A DNA stretch of 64,000 bases from Arcobacteraceae bacterium (lineage in GTDB: Bacteria > Campylobacterota > Campylobacteria > Campylobacterales > Arcobacteraceae): the NCBI GenBank assembly GCA_963662945.1, contig OY759974.1, forward strand, positions 2,272,001 to 2,336,000, written 5' to 3'. Position 1 is the stretch's first letter. Every line of letters starts with the position of its first letter. This document shows, piece after piece, positions 59,240-64,000 of the stretch. Both the position numbers and the translations under genes were made by a program. The notes beneath the pieces are model-generated. The model saw nothing but the letters and a program-made list of their open reading frames with translations, searched no databases and had not been told where the DNA came from.

Positions 59240-60144
59240 ATAAACTCTTGGGCGATAGTATCTCCAAATTCCCAAAAAAGTTTTTGAATGATTTTTTTAT
59301 CTTTTATTTTACTATCAAATTCTTCAAAATCCTGATTAAATCTTTCAATATAATTAAATATATCTCTTAAAACAAATTCTTTTTGAGTATGATATTTTTC
59401 ATTTTTAAGTGCCGCTTTTATAATGGTTTCATCGAAAAGGTCTGTTTTTTGCAGTATGCTTATATCATATTGTACAGCATTTGTTATATATTCTAAATCA
59501 CCATGAAACTTTTCACATAAATTATCAAAACATCCTAGCTTACTCACAAATCTTTTATCACTTAAAAGATCTCTATCAATATATTTTAAAATTTTTTGTT
59601 TCATATCATGATCAAAAGTATAATTCATAATATCAATTATAAAATATTTATTTCTTCTGAGGTTTTGTGCATAGCGTAAGTTTTCGATGTTTCTTGTAGT
59701 TGCCATAAGAGCTATCTCGTGATCTAGTTGGTAAACTTCTGGCATATGTTGTAATATAGCTGGTTTGAATTTAGCTGGATCATCTAAGTTCTCTTCTTTT
59801 GATGCTGCTAAAAGTGCTAACTCTCTACTGGCTTGTAGACTTTTATCTAAATAGATGTATGTTCTATTATATTTAGCTATGGCATCTCTTGCAAATTCAA
59901 AATCTTTTAAAAGATTTTTATCTATATTATTTAATATATCATCACCCATACCATTATTTATATGATGATTCCACATATCTTTTTTTGCTGCATTTTGAGG
60001 TGAAGTACTATGTGAAGTTACTCCTAGAAGTCGTATCATAATATGCTTGTTTGAGTAGTATTCATAAGGGATAGCTTGTAGTAATAACTTTTTTTCTTGC
60101 CAATACTTAACATTATCAAATATACTATCAATTATTTTTGTCAA
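59236..60144 (-). CDS. Hypothetical protein with DUF4116-like helical repeats
   Basis: Repeats such as LLKDFEFARDAI, LQASRELALLA, YQLDHEIALMA, LLSDKRFV. Confidence 0.6.
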   Translation of the reverse strand: MTKIIDSIFDNVKYWQEKKLLLQAIPYEYYSNKHIMIRLLGVTSHSTSPQNAAKKDMWNHHINNGMGDDILNNIDKNLLKDFEFARDAIAKYNRTYIYLDKSLQASRELALLAASKEENLDDPAKFKPAILQHMPEVYQLDHEIALMATTRNIENLRYAQNLRRNKYFIIDIMNYTFDHDMKQKILKYIDRDLLSDKRFVSKLGCFDNLCEKFHGDLEYITNAVQYDISILQKTDLFDETIIKAALKNEKYHTQKEFVLRDIFNYIERFNQDFEEFDSKIKDKKIIQKLFWEFGDTIAQEFI

Positions 60145-60214
60145 GAATACCCTTTATCATATTTGTATTATATTCTTAAATAATAACATAAAAGTTACAA
60201 AATAAAAATTAATA

Positions 60215-60706
60215 TTAATATATTGTACCAATTTTTTCAATAAGAATATCATTATGGTCTACAAATCTATCACATTTTATGCCACCAACATCAAAGCAAA
60301 ATTTTTGCCATAAAGTTGTATGTCCACCATTTTCCTCTTCAAATTTACCAAAATAGAACATAAGTGCATGGGCATATTCATGGGGTAAAACATAATTTAT
60401 CATGTAATTCTCATTTTCTTGAAATCGTTTTTTATTAAGTTCGATTTTGATTTTTCCATGTTTATAACTAGCAAGTCCATAAAGATTAATAGGAAGTTCA
60501 TTTGTAACTATTATGGGGATGTTAAAATGTATATTGTATTTGTTGAGTATTTGTTGTTTTATAAGCTTATTTTTATGGTTTAGTTTTGAAATAATCGCTT
60601 GTGGTAATGGATTGTCTCTAAATTGTATATCTTTATATGTGATATACATAAAGAGTAGAAGTGATATTACTGTTATTGCGAGAAATATTTTAAAAATTTT
60701 ATTCAT
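60215..60706 (-). CDS. SprT-like zinc metalloprotease with N-terminal anchor
   Basis: HEYAH followed by GH...W. Confidence 0.78.
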   Translation of the reverse strand: MNKIFKIFLAITVISLLLFMYITYKDIQFRDNPLPQAIISKLNHKNKLIKQQILNKYNIHFNIPIIVTNELPINLYGLASYKHGKIKIELNKKRFQENENYMINYVLPHEYAHALMFYFGKFEEENGGHTTLWQKFCFDVGGIKCDRFVDHNDILIEKIGTIY

Positions 60707-60830
60707 TTTTATATTAGATAGTAATCTCTTGTACTTTTTCTTTAACTTTAGAATTTTCTTTTTCCATTTCAGTACCTATTTTTATAATAATATTAGTATA
60801 ATACCGAAAATTTATTAAAGGTGAAAGCTC

Positions 60831-62030
60831 ATGGAAAAAAAAGGTATTTTGATAATTGGGGCAGGTGGTGTAAGTACAGTTGCTACAACCAAATGTGCTA
60901 TGAACATAGATACATTTGAACATATTACATTAGCAAGTAGAACAGTAAGTAAATGTGAAGATATTGCTGCAAGTGTAAAAGAGAAAACAGGTGTAACTAT
61001 AGATACTACTTCAATTGATGCAGACAGTGTTCCAGCCCTTATAGAGCTTATAGAAAAAATCAATCCAAAAGTTGTATTAAATGTGGCATTACCATATCAA
61101 GATTTAACTATCATGGATGCGTGTAGTGCAACAAATACACATTACATAGATACAGCAAACTATGAACATCCTGATGAAGCAAAATTTGAATACAAAGAGC
61201 AATGGGCTAGAGATGAAGATTTCAAATCAAAAAACCTTACAGCACTTTTAGGAAGTGGGTTTGACCCAGGTGTAACTGGAGTGTTTGTAAAATATATTGA
61301 GCAAAACTTTTTAGATACTATTGAGTTTATCGATATTATGGATTGTAATGCAGGGGATCATGGATATCCTTTTGCTACAAACTTTAACCCAGAAATTAAC
61401 CTTAGAGAAGTAAGTGCAAACGGAAGATATTGGGAAGATGGAAAGTGGGTTGAGACAAAACCTTTAGAGATAAGAGTTGATTGGGATTATCCAGAAGTTG
61501 GAGTAAAACCATCATATCTTTTATACCATGAAGAGTTAGAAAGCTTATCAAAAAATATCAAAGGTTTAAAAAGAATTAGATTTTTTATGACTTTTGGTGA
61601 TAGTTATATCCAACATATGAACTGTTTACAAAATGTTGGTATGTTGGGAATTGAACCTGTTGAACATAAAGGGATGATGATAACTCCAATAGAGTTCTTA
61701 AAAACACTTTTACCAGATCCAGCTAGCTTAGGACCAAGAACTCATGGGTTGACAAATATTGGATGTATTTGTGAAGGTTTAAAAGATGGTGTTAGAAAAA
61801 AATACTACATCTACAATATTTGTGACCACCAAGAGTGTTACAAAGAAACAGGAGCACAAGCTGTAAGTTATACTACAGGAGTTCCTGCAATGATTGGTAC
61901 TAAACTTGTTTATAATGGAACTTGGGATTTAAAAGGTGCTGTAAATGTTGAAGAGTTTGACGCAACTCCTTACATGGATGAACTAATGACTCAAGGGCTT
62001 CCTTGGAAAGTTATTGAACTAGATATCTAA
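60831..62030 (+). CDS. Carboxynorspermidine/carboxyspermidine dehydrogenase (saccharopine dehydrogenase family)
   Basis: IGAGGV, NVALPYQDLTIMDAC, GSGFDPG, FATNFNPEINLRE, YHEELESL. Confidence 0.88.
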   Translation: MEKKGILIIGAGGVSTVATTKCAMNIDTFEHITLASRTVSKCEDIAASVKEKTGVTIDTTSIDADSVPALIELIEKINPKVVLNVALPYQDLTIMDACSATNTHYIDTANYEHPDEAKFEYKEQWARDEDFKSKNLTALLGSGFDPGVTGVFVKYIEQNFLDTIEFIDIMDCNAGDHGYPFATNFNPEINLREVSANGRYWEDGKWVETKPLEIRVDWDYPEVGVKPSYLLYHEELESLSKNIKGLKRIRFFMTFGDSYIQHMNCLQNVGMLGIEPVEHKGMMITPIEFLKTLLPDPASLGPRTHGLTNIGCICEGLKDGVRKKYYIYNICDHQECYKETGAQAVSYTTGVPAMIGTKLVYNGTWDLKGAVNVEEFDATPYMDELMTQGLPWKVIELDI

Positions 62031-62052
62031 GTTTTCATATTCTATTTATTAC

Positions 62053-62083
62053 AAAGCTCTATCATTTTGATAGAGCTTTTTTT
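62053..62083 (+). terminator. Intrinsic terminator
   Basis: AAAGCTCTATCA-TTT-TGATAGAGC-T7. Confidence 0.85.
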
Positions 62084-62154
62084 ATTTCCAAAACAATACC
62101 ACCAAATGGACACTTTTAAAATATAAACTTCTAAAAATCAATTAAGGAGCTTAT

Positions 62155-63495
62155 ATGAGTTACACAAAAAAAAGATATATCACTTATATCTTAATTAGTG
62201 CGTTTATTATGGTGGTGCCATTTATTACAATAGATGGAAATCATCTTTTACTTTTATCTTTTGAAAAGTTGCAGTTTCATTTTATGGGATTTGCATTTAA
62301 TGTGGATGAGTTGTTTATTATGCCATTTTTACTTATGTTTTTATTTATAGGTATATTTGCTATTACTGCAATGTTTGGTAGAGTTTGGTGTGGTTGGGCA
62401 TGTCCTCAAACAATATTTAGAGTTATCTATCGAGATTTAATCGAAGGCACACTACTTGATTTAACAGAGATAAAAAACAAACAAAAAATTGCAAATTATT
62501 CTTCTGTATCTAATCTTGTAAGAAAAGCTGTTGCTATATTGTTGTGGTGTGTTATATCTGTAGTTATCTCTACAAATTTTATCTTGTATTTTGTACCAAC
62601 AGAAGATTTTTTCTTATATATGCAAAATCCAAGTGAACATATATTTATGATTTTATTTATTTTAAGTGTTGCTGGTTTTTTAGTGTTTGATATACTTATA
62701 ATGAAAGAAAACTTTTGTGTATATGTATGTCCATATTCACGAGTTCAAACAATACTTTATGATGATGATACAAAACAAGTTATATATGACACAAACAGAG
62801 GTGGTGATATATATAATAGTGGAGAAAAAAGTATATTTAATGTAAAACAATGGTCATCAAATGAGGAGTGTACCACTTGTGAAGCATGTGTAAAAGTTTG
62901 TCCTACACATATAGATATTAGAAAAGGTTTACAAATTGAGTGTATAAATTGTTTAGAGTGTTCTGATGCATGTAGTACAGTTATGGGAAAACTTGGTAAA
63001 AAATCATTAATAAACTGGGGAAGTACAAATAGTGTATTAAACAAAGTTATAAACTCTATATTTACTAAAAGAAATAATATGTATTTTATCGCATTAATTT
63101 TAACAGTTATACTTGCTAGTGTATTTGCAAACAAACAAGAGCCAATATTAGCACATATAAATAAAACAACAACTCTGTATAGTATAAAACAAGATGCAAC
63201 AGTAACAAATAATTTTATTTTAACAATACATAACAATAAAAATAAAGCCTACACTTATGATATAAAATTAGATGATGAAAGGTTTTTTGTAAAAAGATTT
63301 GCAAATAAAGAGATAAAAGCAGGGAAAGAATCTAAATTTGTATTGATACTATCTTCTAAAGATAAATTATCTTTAGATAAAAAGAAAGATAGCATATTAA
63401 AATTAAATGCAACAATATACGCTAAAGAAGATAACTCAATAGCTATATCAAAAGAACTTTCATTTATATATCCTAGTGATGATAGTTTTAAATAG
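62155..63495 (+). CDS. ccoG: Cytochrome c oxidase accessory 4Fe-4S membrane protein (CcoG/FixG family)
   Basis: CGWACP, CVYVCP, CTTCEACVKVCP, CINCLECSDAC. Confidence 0.88.
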   Translation: MSYTKKRYITYILISAFIMVVPFITIDGNHLLLLSFEKLQFHFMGFAFNVDELFIMPFLLMFLFIGIFAITAMFGRVWCGWACPQTIFRVIYRDLIEGTLLDLTEIKNKQKIANYSSVSNLVRKAVAILLWCVISVVISTNFILYFVPTEDFFLYMQNPSEHIFMILFILSVAGFLVFDILIMKENFCVYVCPYSRVQTILYDDDTKQVIYDTNRGGDIYNSGEKSIFNVKQWSSNEECTTCEACVKVCPTHIDIRKGLQIECINCLECSDACSTVMGKLGKKSLINWGSTNSVLNKVINSIFTKRNNMYFIALILTVILASVFANKQEPILAHINKTTTLYSIKQDATVTNNFILTIHNNKNKAYTYDIKLDDERFFVKRFANKEIKAGKESKFVLILSSKDKLSLDKKKDSILKLNATIYAKEDNSIAISKELSFIYPSDDSFK

Positions 63496-64000
63496 TTTTT
63501 TCTAAGAGGAGGGTAAAGACAACCCCTTCCTCAATATTTTTTACTTTAATATCCCCACGAAAACTTTTCTCTAAAATTATTTTAGAGAGATATAGTCCAA
63601 TACCAGTACCATCACTTTTAGTTGAAAAATATGGTTCAAATATTTTATCTATAATTTGTTTCTCTATCTGTTTCCCATTATTTTTTATATCTATAATAAC
63701 TTCTGCTTCATTACTATGTACAATTATATCAATTTGTGGAGATTCAATGTCACTAAGAGCCTCAGAAGCATTTAGTAAAATAGACAAGATTACTTGAGAC
63801 AGTTCATTTTTTATCCCCTCTATCTTTACATTTTCATTAATTTTAAAGTCACAAGATAATTGAATATTTTTTCTTTTTAGTTCAGCACTTAAGACTGCAA
63901 TACTATTATTGATAGCTTCTTTTAATGTAAAAGTTTCAAATTTTTTTGATGGTGTATAAAACTCTTTAAAGTGATCTATTGTGGTTGACAAAAATTGTAA
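63488..64000 (-). CDS. Sensor histidine kinase, C-terminal part (continues beyond the window)
   Basis: TIDHFKEF, LNASEA, FEPYFSTK, GTGIGL. Confidence 0.85.
   Translation of the reverse strand, partial: LQFLSTTIDHFKEFYTPSKKFETFTLKEAINNSIAVLSAELKRKNIQLSCDFKINENVKIEGIKNELSQVILSILLNASEALSDIESPQIDIIVHSNEAEVIIDIKNNGKQIEKQIIDKIFEPYFSTKSDGTGIGLYLSKIILEKSFRGDIKVKNIEEGVVFTLLLEKTI

Noticed and set aside
1740-63236. Many short antisense or overlapping ORFs in the track (e.g. 2269-2598, 16260-16685, 19141-19422, 28545-28973, 35104-35592, 60714-60923, 62757-63236)
   Set aside because: They lie within or opposite well-supported genes, lack SD and motifs, and have the Ser/Phe/Ile-rich composition of shadow frames.
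1-64000. CRISPR arrays, tRNA/rRNA, IS elements, integrases, prophage or defence systems
   Set aside because: No regularly spaced repeat-spacer units, GC-rich structural RNA blocks, or transposase, integrase or nuclease motifs were seen. The ankyrin and LRR proteins have no recognisable effector domains.

Overview
AT-rich chromosomal window. Gene content and promoter style (extended -10 TGnTATAAT; sigma54 TGGAAC-type boxes) point to a free-living Campylobacterota (Arcobacteraceae/Sulfurimonas-like; inferred). The first ~36 kb is a nitrogen-acquisition region. It holds assimilatory nitrate reduction genes (NirA, CysG, NarK, a PP2C-kinase fusion, a NarB/NasA-like reductase, an Nrt ABC transporter), nitrogen-fixation accessory genes (nifB, nifV, tandem ferredoxins, a CCE_0567-like protein, LRR, ankyrin, hemerythrin and Cys-less Tpx-like proteins), and a complete glucosylglycerate synthesis/recycling cluster. 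No nifHDK is in the window. Two cis-regulatory layers are visible. One is a set of sigma54 -24/-12 boxes before the nif-accessory units. The other is an unassigned palindrome, TGTATA-N5-TATACA, placed 31-32 bp upstream of the -10 at five promoters (nitrate uptake, glucosylglycerate genes, an EAL protein). The remainder has two chemoreceptors, histidine kinases, a selO operon, recQ overlapping a hoxEFUYHW bidirectional hydrogenase operon, HU, a twice-broken TAXI/LapG-like fusion pseudogene that the ORF track splits, an HD-GYP protein, carboxynorspermidine dehydrogenase and a ccoG homolog. No rRNA, tRNA, CRISPR array or mobile element was recognised. All calls come from reading the sequence; no searches were run.
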